Source: Leidyana gryllorum EB-2025a (lineage: Eukaryota; Protista; Apicomplexa). Taken from it: 64,000 nucleotides of DNA. Positions 37,401 through 49,479 of the stretch are shown piece by piece (position 1 is the first letter of the stretch; every line of letters starts with the position of its first letter). A program made the position numbers and the translations under genes. The stretch is taken from the NCBI GenBank assembly GCA_048772705.1, contig JBLWGC010000104.1, forward strand, positions 186,001-250,000, given 5' to 3'. Under the pieces are notes generated by a model, which was not told where the DNA came from, searched no databases, and worked only from the letters and a program-made list of their open reading frames with translations.

Positions 37401-39637
37401 CGCTGTCGCTAGCCAAATTAGTGAATTCAAATTTGGTCTCGAGATCCTTCTCGTTCGACTGTCCACCATGTGTGACTTTGACAACATGGCCGATCCCTCG
37501 CACTGTGTCACTCGTGACTTCGCCTTTCTCTGCCTTGGATGTAAGGAAGGGATAACAGTATACATTAGCGGGCTCATTGGCGGCCACAGTAACGATGACC
37601 TTGTTGAGCTGCGTCTCGACGTTGGTGGCTTGCAGACGCGGGGGGCTGTCGTCAGCGGTGACACGGAAGCGGGTGGCTGAGATTTCCTTCTCACCCATCG
37701 AGGCGTCATCCCCTAAGTCTTCATCCATACTTCTACGCACTTCCAAGTCCGATGCTTCGGCGTAACAATACATATCATACATCGAGTTGGGCTTGATGAA
37801 GGGGTCAGCGTCAGCAGGATTCTCAATTGCCAGATGAACAATCTCATTCGCTTCCCGCGTCGGGTGTTCGGATCGAACCCCATACTCTTTCATCAATTGT
37901 GGGGCTGGTGCTGGTGAACGCACTTCGCCGCCCTCCAGAGTGGGTGCGACTCCACACCATACGTAGTGATCAGGGTTGACGACTTGAACATCAGCATGAA
38001 GTGCGCTATCCTTGTAGAAGGCGGAGACGATTTCAACTTGCCCGATGACCACAGGAATCCTGACATCGCCCTTCCTCGCTTTCATTTCATCACCAAAAGA
38101 CATGACTCGATCGAAGAAGCGCAGTTCAAGGTGTGAGTTCTCCCACCCGTCGTTCCGTTGGTCGTGAAGCAAAAGAGTGTAATTGCCAAAGTGAGGCACA
38201 CAACAAGGAACCCAGGCATGTTCCACTTGACTCAAAGAGTATCCACGACCGGCACAACTTACCGCACCATCCAGAGTCCATTGCTTGTCCTCTGGGTGAT
38301 TTCCGGTAATCATTCTGACTTCACCACAGATCATGTCCTTGGACCCCACTTTCGAGCGCGGCATCTCCCGCGTATCTGCTGGGCATTCACCTGGTAGAAC
38401 TTGAATGTCATCCAGAGCGATATTCCCCATCTCACTCCGCCCAGCGAGAGCTTCGAAGATGAGTTGCACAGTGGAGTTTCCATCGGTCTGACCAGTGAAA
38501 CCAGCTTTGTACCAGTCCTGGCCCTTATCGCCAACCGCGACCCACTTAGGTGCTCCCCATTGTGGGACAGGCGAACCTATCGGGGAGCTTTCTTCGGTAT
38601 GGCGAGTTTGACGTTGTGTGAGGTCGCCCAAGTACACCCGAAGCGAGTTAACATCTGCCCCGTGCATGTTGTAGGCGAAGGAAACGCAGTAGACGCCTTG
38701 GGGAACCTGTAGGGGTGGGCCCATGATAATCGCAGAAGCTCCGTCGGACAAGAAACCGGGTGACTTCATAAGGGCATAGTGGCCATCTTTGGTCTCTGGG
38801 AGGGTGTGGTCATGGAGGGGACCAGTCCCAGGCACTTCGGAGGGCCCACTGCGAATCTGCCAAGTAAAATCCAGGTCATAATGTTCGCGGAATGAGCTGA
38901 AACCGCAACTTTCCAGAGATTTCGCTTCGAAGTCGCAGGCATAGTAGGGCTTTCCAACAGCTACAGTACCAGCCGGGTAGTAGAATGTCTCCGCCGTCAA
39001 ACTGCCCACGTCAGTGGTTTTCAAACCAAGCGCCGGGGCATAGCAGATTTTGTAGCGCTTGTCTTTATCCAGTGTGCCTTTCGGAATGCGAAGAGTGGTA
39101 TAAACTCTGCGATAGTAGACCGCCTGGCCATTGTCATTGAAGCCTTTGACTTCGTCACTGTAAGCTTCACTGGGGATGGTTCCTTTGTAGATCACTGGCG
39201 CATCTGCTTTTCCACATTTTGCGCTATGGTCTGTTATCAGAAACGCATCGCCTTTCCGCAGTCCGAAACCTGACAAGACCACAGTGCACTCTTGATCTTG
39301 AGCGCAATGCAAGATCTGACTAGGATTAGGTTTGACCTCTGTGTGACTTAATGAAAAAATGCTGCATCTAAACTGACTGACCTGTCAATGCCGGTTTGCC
39401 ATGCACCGCAGTGTCCAAAAGGAAGGCCCGTTGCATTTGACCAGGGGGACAGAGTCCTGAAGCTTCGGTGATTTCTGTTGGTGGCTCATCTGGGAGGTTG
39501 TAAACTCTAGCAATACAACTGGATTCAGGGGCAAGCCTCCTCTTAACGTTTGTTGATGGCAAGGATGGCATGCCATGGCAGCATAATGCAGCCGAAGCAG
39601 CCGCAAGGATGGGGAAAGTCAAACGTGGCCGGACCAT
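34484..39637 (-). CDS. Secreted MAM-domain + three beta-sandwich-like repeats + copper amine oxidase; multi-exon
   Basis: Signal peptide MVRPRLTFPILAAASAALCCHG; MAM CDFE...GPLHDHT...CVSFAYNMHG...IALDDI; TPQ motif SNYDY, Cu ligands HAH and GFLHVP. Confidence 0.9.
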
Positions 39638-39697
39638 CACACGAAAGCAAACACGTGTCTCCGGTGTGGCACACACGCCAGCCCCGGTCATTTATTC

Positions 39698-40091
39698 CTA
39701 CTCCTGCTCCTCTTCCTCCTCTGACGCGCTCTGTGAAGCACTATCCGGTTCCATAACGGGCTGCCATGTAAGCAGGTTCCGACGATACATTGGCCAAGAG
39801 GGGATGGTTCCCTATGTAATCGTTGAATGGTTGCCGGTACCTTGGCAATGAGGACTCACCATTCCGACGATGAGGGTTCCAGCAGTAGCCGTTTGAATCA
39901 TGATTGCATAGCTCCGGCAGATGGTTCCGATCATTATAGCCAATATTCCTGTAGCAAGCATGCCACGACCCATGTAGTGGGCGGCCAGGCTCTGGCCTTC
40001 GAAATCCTTGGAGCACAGGGGATCAAGTGATGTGTGAGTGGTCACATACCATGACACCGCTCTTGAGGTCTTTGAAGAGCTTGACTATCAT
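39698..40091 (-). CDS. SPCS1: Signal peptidase complex subunit 1 (SPC12); 2 introns
   Basis: MDFEGQSLA...two TM segments...PSWPMYRRNLLTWQP; alternative start at 40053. Confidence 0.8.
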
Positions 40092-40092
40092 T

Positions 40093-41487
40093 CTAACTTC
40101 CGCTTTTAGCAGGAAGATTTTTGCCTTCCAGGTCCCTCTTTAAGAGCACAAGGGGTGCTTTTGCCTGCGAAAAAACGTGGGAAGAAGAATATATTTCTCA
40201 CTTGTGGCGATAGCTCTCCACCATCACTGGGTGTGACTGGCGAAGCACCGTCTGCTCCGTCTGGCTTGGCCCCCTTAGAGAGCCTCCAATTGGAGTGCCT
40301 GTATTTTCGGCGAGCTGGGCTATTCTTCATGGTTCTAGGTCCCGTGCCGTGGGTGTCGTCATTCGCGGCCGCACCGCCGCCACCACCGCCGCGTTGCCCC
40401 TTGGAGCGCGTGCGACTTTCTTGATTGCCACGGCGACCACCTTTGTAAGTAGACCTGTGATCAAGAGTAGGCTGACTTCCCTGTCGTTGTTTGGACGAGC
40501 TCTTGGATGCTGCGCTCTTTTTCTCGATCAGAGCCTGTACGAGGGGACTGATCACATCGCTATTTCGTCTCTCGGGTTCTGCGGTGGGAGGCGGGCGTGG
40601 CGGCTTGGGGGCGTTAAGCTGTTCAATGAAGCGCAGGTAGACTGGATCTGTAAGGAGCAGATTGTTCGCTGAGACCTCGTCGCCAAACTCACCTTTCTCA
40701 ATTTCTGCAACTTTGCGATCCGCTGCAACGTAACATGGTTGCATCAATGCCTCCGGGTTTGATAGGTAAAACTCAATGGCTGACTGGTTGATCTCCTCGC
40801 CTGTGGATTCACCCGGGAAGTCTCTCGCGAAATCCGGGTGCCCTGGCTGAGCTTCGGGGGGAACTAAGAACCTGTGGGAGGTTGACAAGCCTGCCGTTGC
40901 CTTGTGCTCAATCCCGTGATGATCAATATACGCATGACCCTGATAACGAGGAGTATGAGCAGCGCGCACTAAGCTTACGTGATAGATGCTGATGAAGCCA
41001 TTTGCTGACGCAGGCGACCCGAAAAGAATATAGGCAACTGACGGCGCGGGTTCTCGACCATCCCGCCTGAGTGAGTATGAGGATGTGAAGTGCCAACATA
41101 GTGACTCACTTGCGTCCTGGTACTAGCTGCATCCAATGAATTGCGTCCAGAATACTTTTGGTAGTTAGCTTGCTTTCCTCTGAGGTTCGCGCCTCTACAT
41201 CACGTAAACTCTCCAAGAAGTCGCTCGCCGTGATACGGGAAGGCAATTGTCGTACAACGACTGACGGGAAAACGCTGTTACCTCAAATCAGTGTGAGAAA
41301 GCTTACCTTTAACTCTCGCTCGATTCTCGTAATTGACCGCAATGGCTTTCAGGACTTCTGTCTTCTCTTCGGGCGTCGTAGAGGGAACTTGATTCGGGTT
41401 GGCAAGCTTCTTCGGCTCCTTCGGCGCGGTCCGTTTGTTCGGCAGCGGTCGCGCCTCGTCACCTTTGGGCCGCTGAGCCCTGTTCAT
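40093..41487 (-). CDS. UPF3: Nonsense-mediated decay factor UPF3; multi-exon
   Basis: VVRQLPSRIT, LVPGRK, AYILF, GHAYIDHHGIEHKA, DPVYLRFIEQL, SPLVQAL follow the Smg4/UPF3 domain. Confidence 0.75.
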
Positions 41488-41532
41488 CCATCAAGCACCA
41501 ATTATTTTCACTTTTTGAGGAGGGTCAACTGG

Positions 41533-42175
41533 ATGTTCTTCGTAGTGGACCTGTGGAAAAACGTCTGCGTCAGGCCCAACCAACTTGGGTCGAAGTACGA
41601 AGAGGTAAGGAACCTGACATAAATTGACCTTTCATTCTCACAGTATGTGAGCGACCTTCTGCGAAATGAAGTTGAAGGAAAGTGCATCGGCAAGTATGGC
41701 TATGTAGTCTGTGTTGTCCGTATTCTAGAGAAGGAGAAAGGGCGTGTCCAGGACGGGACAGGATACGTCATAGTGCCTGTGAAATACCAAGCTGTTGTAT
41801 TTCAACCTCTACGTGGAGAAGTAATGGACGGTACTGTTGTCTCCGTCAATGCAGTAGGATTCTTTGCTCAATGTGGTCCGTTGAAAGCTTTTGTATCCAA
41901 AGCGGTGAGCATGACTGATTACCAAGTCCAATCCTCCCATCACCGGCTTTACAGAATTTCCCCGCTGACTACGAAATGGTGGAGGGTGTTTGGAGCGACG
42001 GAGAAACGCAACTGGCTATTGATACTGAAGTACGGATCAGAATTCTGGGTTTCAAGTATGATACGTATGGCATGGTACGTTTTACACCCTGATCGTTAGT
42101 TATATTGCTCGTCAGACGGCCGTTGGGCAAATAGATCAAGATTTCCTGGGCCCCGTAGACGGTCCAGACAACTAG
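41533..42175 (+). CDS. RPB7: RNA polymerase II subunit RPB7; 3 introns
   Basis: MFFVVDLWKN...EVEGKCIGKYGYVVCV...FQPLRGEVMDG...GPLKAFVS...DFLGP. Confidence 0.95.
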
Positions 42176-42243
42176 CGTAGTGGCTTGGCCGAAAATGTGC
42201 CGTGTGCGAAAGAGCGGTACCCGGCACACGCGACGCATATGCG

Positions 42244-42744
42244 ATGAACAAGCCCGTGGATGATGCCTTAACTCCTACCAATGACAATATTGCAGCTTCC
42301 AAGAGTCCTAGATCACTACACGAAGCCAGTTTGAGATGGTCTGAAGCTCCAAAGTGGTCCAAATTGTTCAGCGGGAAGAGCGAGAGGTCACCAAGATATC
42401 TTTCAAGCAGGCGTGCCATTGCCGCTTCCCGTGGATCACTCTGCGTACACGGACTGAATAATGGTGTGTATTGGGCCCATAAAAGCTCCCAACCAACTGA
42501 AGTGGAATTGCCGGAACCTTGGGAAGTCGACTTTCCATCTCCTTCCGCATTGACCGCGGACTCCGCCGACTTCCCGCCATACCGGCAGGGGGTTGAGGAG
42601 AAGCGCCGATGGCCTCGAATGGGGTCTTTCGAAATGCTGGGGCCGACCGAAGTGCTCCGACGACGAGTACGATGGCGGTATGGAATTACTCGCAAAGAAT
42701 ATCAGTTTGTTCGAAGATTTCTGCAGCTACATAATCGCAGGTAG
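42244..42744 (+). CDS. Hypothetical protein, paralogue A of tandem pair
   Basis: Shares SPRxL(S)SRRAIA and GPxExxRxxxRWRxGIxRxE...LQxH with 42980-43492. Confidence 0.65.
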   Translation: MNKPVDDALTPTNDNIAASKSPRSLHEASLRWSEAPKWSKLFSGKSERSPRYLSSRRAIAASRGSLCVHGLNNGVYWAHKSSQPTEVELPEPWEVDFPSPSALTADSADFPPYRQGVEEKRRWPRMGSFEMLGPTEVLRRRVRWRYGITRKEYQFVRRFLQLHNRR

Positions 42745-42979
42745 ATTCCATGCATATGACGGCACTGCCCGGTGTTATTAGACAATTAACCCACCATTCG
42801 TATTGATACGCCTTTCTGTTCACATGGATTTTACTCCGATGGCAAAGTGTGTCTTTCGTTCGTGAGCGACGAGAGAGCGCACGTGTTCGCGAGTGCGAGC
42901 TTGAACTCGCACAGAAAGTGTACTGTCATCTGGGATACACCTACAGACTCTGCATATCTCAACAAATTACACGAACTGC

Positions 42980-43492
42980 ATGATCGCAAATGACATCAAC
43001 ACAAAGGGCCCGAGACCGGATGCATTGCTGGAGGTTGTGAGCACAAGTGATTCAGCCGGACCCCCAACTCCCGTCATGGCAGCGAAAAGGACGGACGGCT
43101 GCTCTATATCATTGTTAGAGCATTTCAGAAGCACTGCCAGTCCGCGTCTGTTGAGTCGAAGGGCAATCGCAGGATTGCGTGTGACCTTCGGACCGCAGGC
43201 AAAAAAGGTATCCCCTTCCTCTACTGAATGTTTTGTGTCCGGAAACTGGACGCTGAAGCTGGACGAAATGGACTGCTTCTCCCCTACTCAATTCGATGGG
43301 ACTTGGTTTTCCCTGGCACCGCCCTCAGTGGGTATTGACAAAGGTTCTTTGACCTCTAACGTTCCCGCCCCTGTCATAGTGGGTCCTTCTGAAGCTGTAC
43401 GACTGTCAAGTCGCTGGCGATGGGGCATAGGTCGGCGAGAGCAGCGAGCGATGAGAAAATATTTGCAGTATCACCGCTTGTGGGCAAACTAA
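42980..43492 (+). CDS. Hypothetical protein, paralogue B of tandem pair
   Basis: Same two motif blocks as 42244-42744. Confidence 0.65.
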   Translation: MIANDINTKGPRPDALLEVVSTSDSAGPPTPVMAAKRTDGCSISLLEHFRSTASPRLLSRRAIAGLRVTFGPQAKKVSPSSTECFVSGNWTLKLDEMDCFSPTQFDGTWFSLAPPSVGIDKGSLTSNVPAPVIVGPSEAVRLSSRWRWGIGRREQRAMRKYLQYHRLWAN

Positions 43493-43791
43493 GGTTTCCC
43501 TTCCTCTTTCTCCTTCCGCCTTGTTCTGTGCGTTGTGTCTGTGTACCCCCGCCTATTTCTATGTGAGCTGCCGCATCAGTTTTTTGCTTAGAACGAAGAC
43601 CTATTGTGATGCAATACCTAAACATGTGAAGGTGGCACAGTATGGGGTACAGGAAGTTTTTGGGGGAGTACCTGCTGCTTATGTCTCGTGTGTAGGTAGT
43701 TTTGTCAGCCTCCAAGACGTGTAATCGTCAGAGAGAAAGAGAGAGAGAGTTGGATCGACTGAGTGACTGACTGGATTGAAGATCTGTCGAT

Positions 43792-45298
43792 ATGTCAAGG
43801 AAAGGCAAAGAGAGTGAGATCAATGCAAATGTGTTAGCTATAGTGGAGTCGAGTGCATTGCCAAGTTTGTCGTCGTGTCAAGATATTGAGAAGCAAGAGG
43901 GTCTATCGCTCGTTGCAGGGCTGGATGGTACCGAAAGCTGGAGACGATTTAATCTATGTTGGCTATTGTGCGGGGGTGCTGAAGTTTTGTATTGGAATGC
44001 GTTGATAAATTCAATGAACGATGTGGTGGATGTCTATTATCCTGACTTCCCTAAATTGAGTGACACTGTTAGTATTGCAGTGACTGCAACGAACTTCGTG
44101 GCTGGAATTATTGCGACTAAACGAGGATTCGTTAACACCAAGCTGAACCTCTGGATGTGTGTGGCTTCAATAATCATCCCGTTGGCCACTCCACTTATCA
44201 TTTACTTGCCATCCAACATTGCTGCCCTGATATTACTGCACATCTTGGGAGGGTTAGACGGAATAGTGATAGGATTTTGGCAAGGTGGTCACTTCGGGCT
44301 AGCTTCCTACATGCCTGTGGACGCTACCAGCTGGGTGGCTAGTGGTACCGGCATAGCAGGTATTACCACGTTTCTGCTGTACATGCTGTTGTCTGAGGTT
44401 GGTTTAGGGGCAGTATATTGCTTTTGACCATGTTTGCTCCGTACAGGCCATATTTCCAAATCGATCTAACGTCCTCGGAGTGCTGTGGGGGCTACACATC
44501 ACCATTGCTGTATTGACAGTTGGGGCAATGTACGGCACGTGGTATACAGTGATGCACCCGAAACTGAGTGACATATTCGTATCGGCTCGAGAGACTGTGG
44601 CCAAAGCCAGAATGAATCCAAACCGACCAAGACTGAGGTCAATTTTGATTGAGTATTGGCCGTCCCTTTCAGCATGTGTGGTGAACGCCACGGTCAGCTA
44701 CCTGATTTATCCTAACATTGGACCCTTCCGCTGGTCTCGATCCTCCCCCAGTGTTAACAATCTAATTGTGGTGAGTCCTTGCACGTGAGCTGCTAAGTTT
44801 GCGAGCACACACACGTACACACGCACATCTGTTCTGTGCCTTTGAGTTGTGTCCCTAAGTGCGTTCCACTCTACCCATTTTTAGTTGTCCGTCGTAACTT
44901 TCGAATGTCTGTAGGGGGGATATCAATTAGGGGACTTTGTAGGAAGTGCGATGCCAGCCATGACCAGTATCGCACCTTGGGTCATGTGGTCTCCAAGGAA
45001 GATATATTGGGGCGCCTACCTACGTACATTGTTTCTGGTGCCAGCCATTCTTATGTGGATGTTTGAGGAAAGTTTTATTTGGCACCACACCTGGTGGCAG
45101 GTCTTGTTCATGACTCTGCTGGGATGGACTAATGGCTGGGTGAACTCGTTGACCCTCATTTTGGGTCCAGCCAGATGTGAGGATTCAGAGAAGCGGGGAG
45201 CTGTGGCGGCAACAGGAGTGTTGGCCCTCCTCCTTGGCGTTGCATTGGGATTGATTTTCACCAAACTCCTCGTGTTTTCAGTTGAGGGTGAATTCTAA
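43792..45298 (+). CDS. Equilibrative nucleoside transporter (ENT/SLC29), copy 1; 2 introns
   Basis: LYWNALIN, WQGGHFGLAS, GTGIAG, IYPNIGP, GWTNGW; about 11 TM. Confidence 0.85.
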
Positions 45299-45473
45299 CC
45301 TGAAAAGATCTTAATCAATAGACCGTCAAATCTAGATCGATTTGGAGATAAGCGCGTCTCCAGGAGTCCCAACGCACGCCGTCTCGGTCGTTAGGTCGCA
45401 ATGGCGGTGCAGATCTGTGGAGGAAGCACAGCATTGGTGGTTGGTGTTTTGGTGGCTCACTCCCGCGACGGAC

Positions 45474-46934
45474 ATGTCAATGTCTTTGCCTAAAAGAGGC
45501 GAGGGCTCTTCGAGCACTCTGACTGTGGTCACAGTATGTGACTTGGAGGAGCGCAGTAACACGTCGAAGAAGTGCATCGAAGGATATGACGTCGACCAAA
45601 GGGATGTGGAAGAGCAAGACGCTGGAGAAGAAGAAAAAGAGCTCGTGCTGGGCAAGCGCTACACCTTCTGCTGGTTCCTCTTAGGAGCCGCGCAAAATCT
45701 CTACTGGAGCGGTATCACCAACTCTATCTCGGACGTTACCGATGCAAAGCTGCCTGATTACCCCAGAATCAGCGATACTATAGGAATCGCATTCGCCGTC
45801 TCATCCTTTCTATTCGCTATCCCGGCGGCGAGATGGGGATTTGTTAACATCAAGTTCAACATTATCATCGGGTGCTGTTTCACCCCACTGCCACTGATTA
45901 CCGCTTTGGTAATCCAACTCGTTCCGGGAGTGGCTGCAAATGTGTTATTCCACATCTGCGCTGCTCTCGCGGGCTGCCTTCTTGGGTTCTGGCAAGCCGG
46001 CCACTTTGGACTTGCTTCATATGCCACCAAGTCTGCTACCCGTTGGGTCGCGGCTGGGCTGGGCGGATCCGGTATTTTTACACTGGTGACATATATGCTG
46101 TTTTCGGAGGTGAGTTGATACACCACACGCCTTCCATTCTGACTGATCGATCGATCTATTCTTTTTGACAAGTGTGTTTGTCGTTCAGGCAATATTTCCG
46201 GGCCATTCAAACGTAATGGGGTCCATGTGGGGACTTCAGAGCATTGTGGCGACCATCTTACTACTGGCTACTGTTGCCATTTTTATGGTATCTCGACAGA
46301 AGGACTTGCGGGCTCGATTTTTGGCCGCAAAACAAGTTGTCCGCGCTGCGCGGCTTGATCCAGATCGACCAAGACTGTTGAGTGTATTGAAAGAGTTTTG
46401 GGCTCCCATCCTCGCCTGCTCTTCAGTGAATATGCAGACGTATTGGATGTATCCCAACATCGCTCCTTTCCGGTGGCATCAGGGAACGGCCACTCAGACT
46501 AATATGCTGATCGTAAGTTTGGGAGAGGAGGAGAGTGTGAATGAAACAACATCAATCTATAGGGGGCTTTTCAAATTGGAGACTGCTTGGGACGTCTGAC
46601 TCCCACCTTCACCTGCATCCCTTACACATCATGGAAGCCCAAAACTTTATATTGGGTCTGCGGGTTGCGATTCCTTCTATTGATCCCTGCCTTCCTTATG
46701 TGGAAAATGGATGATGTGACTCTCTGGGATGCCTACCCCTGGCAAGTGATCTTCCTGTTTCTCATATCTTGGACCCATGGATGGGTCGGTACTAACACTC
46801 TGGCAAACGCGCCGGCGCTGTGCCACGACGAAAAGAAGCGTGGCGCAGTGGCCGCTCTCAGCATCCTGGCAGCAACCGGCGGTCTCGGAGCCGGAATGGT
46901 TCTTACAAAGTTGCTCGTCCTGATCGCTGAATGA
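45474..46934 (+). CDS. Equilibrative nucleoside transporter, copy 2; 2 introns
   Basis: Same motifs and intron positions as copy 1. Confidence 0.85.
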
Positions 46935-47648
46935 CAGACAACTTCTTCTTGAGGCCATCCGAATCGAGTAAGGCTCCTTCCAATTGAAGCTTTTCTCGAC
47001 TTCCGAGCCTTACTACATCTCGCTATCTCATAACCCCCGTATCACTCATCGCCTACTCTGCATCTAAACCCCCCCTGGTGGCGATGGAATGGCCGCAGGG
47101 AAAACATAAGCACCAAGTAGCCGGCTGGCTGGCTGACCAGCTTGTTTACTAACTCTCATTTTCTCGTCTTGACTAATTCGTCAACGACTACGCAACTCCA
47201 GCCTGCACACCGTAACGTCCTGGATTTCTTCCCCTCAAGACTATTAACTAACAACAAACAGCAGAAGTATACTATATAATAATGAAGATATAATAACCGC
47301 TCCATACGAAAACATAACGCCGCTAAAGGAGACTTACTAATCACTCAAAATCATAGATCCCTTCAATGGAAAGAAGAGCCGCCCTCACAACCTAACCACT
47401 TGCGATGTCAATACTTGACAATTTTGCTCTTTGGTCACTGTGGGAATGTGCGTGTTTGCTCTAATTATTATAGATACCGCCATGGCATCTCTCTTTGCCC
47501 TAATCGTTCTGTTTGTCTAATAACAACACATCAACACTAATCTGGAGAACAATTATAAGAATAATAATAACAGATTCAGTAACAGAAAGTTGATCAACCC
47601 GCCGAAAAGGATCTGCGTCACATCCAGCGAGCCCGATCACACAAACGT

Positions 47649-47714
47649 CGCCTCCCACACACACAATCAACGACGCACTCCACACACACAATCAACGATG
47701 CCTCCCACACACAC
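47649..47714 (+). repeat. 25-bp tandem repeat x2.6 (CGCCTCCCACACACACAATCAACGA)
   Basis: Directly visible between ENT copies 2 and 3. Confidence 0.8.
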
Positions 47715-48027
47715 GCCACAACACGACATTTACTCCCGACATTGAACGATTTGCGCTAAATTGTCGTGCGGTGGTCGTGCGATAAAAGTCTGCATGACTC
47801 AGTCGCCAAGCTCTGCTGGTGGTCCACTGCCGGGACTTGAACCCGGATCGTGCGGGTGAACTTATAGCTTCTGATTTCGACACTGAAAAACTGGGGCTGG
47901 TAATGCAATCCCGATCTAAAAACAGCTGGGGTGGGTGGTCTGACATGTTAGGTCTCCACTGAGCATCTGACTAGGGCAATAGGCCTACCTGGTGTGTGTG
48001 TGTGTGTGTTCCCTCGGTGGACAGAAT

Positions 48028-49479
48028 ATGTCAATGTCTTTGCCCAAAAGGGGCGAGGGCTCTTCGAGTACTGTTACTGTATGTGTACTGGAGGAGGAAA
48101 CGAGTCATCAGTCGAAGAACTTCAACGAAACATATGAAGTCGATCAGAGGGACCCCGAAGCGCTCAAATCCACCGAACCAGAGGAAGAAGAAGACGACTT
48201 TCAGGTCCCAAAGCGCTACAACGTCTGCTGGTTTCTTCTGGGAGCCTCTCAGAATTTGTACTGGAGTGGATTACTAAACTCAATCTCGGATGTAACCGAT
48301 GCAAAATTGCCCGAATACCCCAATATCAGCGACACTGTTAGTATCGCCTTTGCTGTCTCATCTTTCCTCTTTGCTATTGTGGCAGCAAGATGGGGGTTTG
48401 TGAACTATAGATTAAACACTATCATTGGGCTCTGCTTCACCCCCCTCCCAGTTATTACCGCTTTGATTATACAAGTCACATCGGGGGTGACCGCGAATGT
48501 ATTATTTCATCTTTGCGCCGGTGTAGCGGGAATCCTCCTAGCCTTCTGGCAGGCAGGCCATTTCGGACTCGCGTCGTATGCGGGCCGGTCGGCACCCCGA
48601 TGGGTCGCAGCCGGCTTGGGAGGGTCCGGGATCTTCACCTTCGTGGCTTACATTCTGTTTAGCGAGGTGAGCGCGATTTGGAGCTCGCGCTGTGCGGCGC
48701 TCCCCCGGTCTGACTAATGTGTGTGTTTTCGTTTGCAGGCGATCTTCCCAGGAGGATCGAACGCGGTGGGATCTATGTGGGGCCTGCAGAGCGTTGTGGC
48801 TGTAATATTACTGCTGTCTACTTGCGCCATTTTTATGGTATCTCGACAGAAAGACTTGCGGGCTCGGTTTGTAGCTGCCAAGGATGTTGTCCGAGCTGCG
48901 CGGCTTGATCCAAATCGACCAAAGCTGATGAGCATCTTACGAGAGTATTGGGCCCCCATTCTGGCCTGTGGTGTGGTGAACATCCAAACGTACTGGATGT
49001 ACCCCAATGTTGCTCCTTTCCGGTGGTATCAGGGCACGGCCACAGAGTCTAATCTCCTGATCGTAGGTGTTCCTGCCCCGATTCTTGACCATCCATCGCC
49101 TGTGCAGGGAGTTTTTCAAGTTGGAGACTGTGTGGGCAAGCTGCTTCCCACTTTGACTTGCATCCCTTACACATCTTGGAAGCCCAAAGTTTTATATTGG
49201 GTCTGCGGGTTGAGAACACTCATATTGATCCCTGCCTTCCTGATGTGGACCCACGATGATATGGCTCTATGGAGCAATTACCCTTGGCAAGTGATTTTCA
49301 TGTTCCTTATAGCAGTGACCCATGGATGGGTCGGGGCCGTCGCCTTGGTCACCGCACCTGCGCTGTGCCGCGATGAAAAGAAGCGTGGAGCGGTAGCCGC
49401 CCTCAGCATCCTCGCCGTGCCCTTTGGAGTTGGAGCTGGAATGATTCTGACCAAATTGCTCGTCTTGGCCGTCGAATGA
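48028..49479 (+). CDS. Equilibrative nucleoside transporter, copy 3; 2 introns
   Basis: Identical MSMSLPKRGEGSSST start and high similarity to copy 2. Confidence 0.85.

Noticed and set aside
43521-43724. 67-aa ORF upstream of ENT copy 1
   Set aside because: Non-ATG start, no motif; likely UTR/promoter sequence
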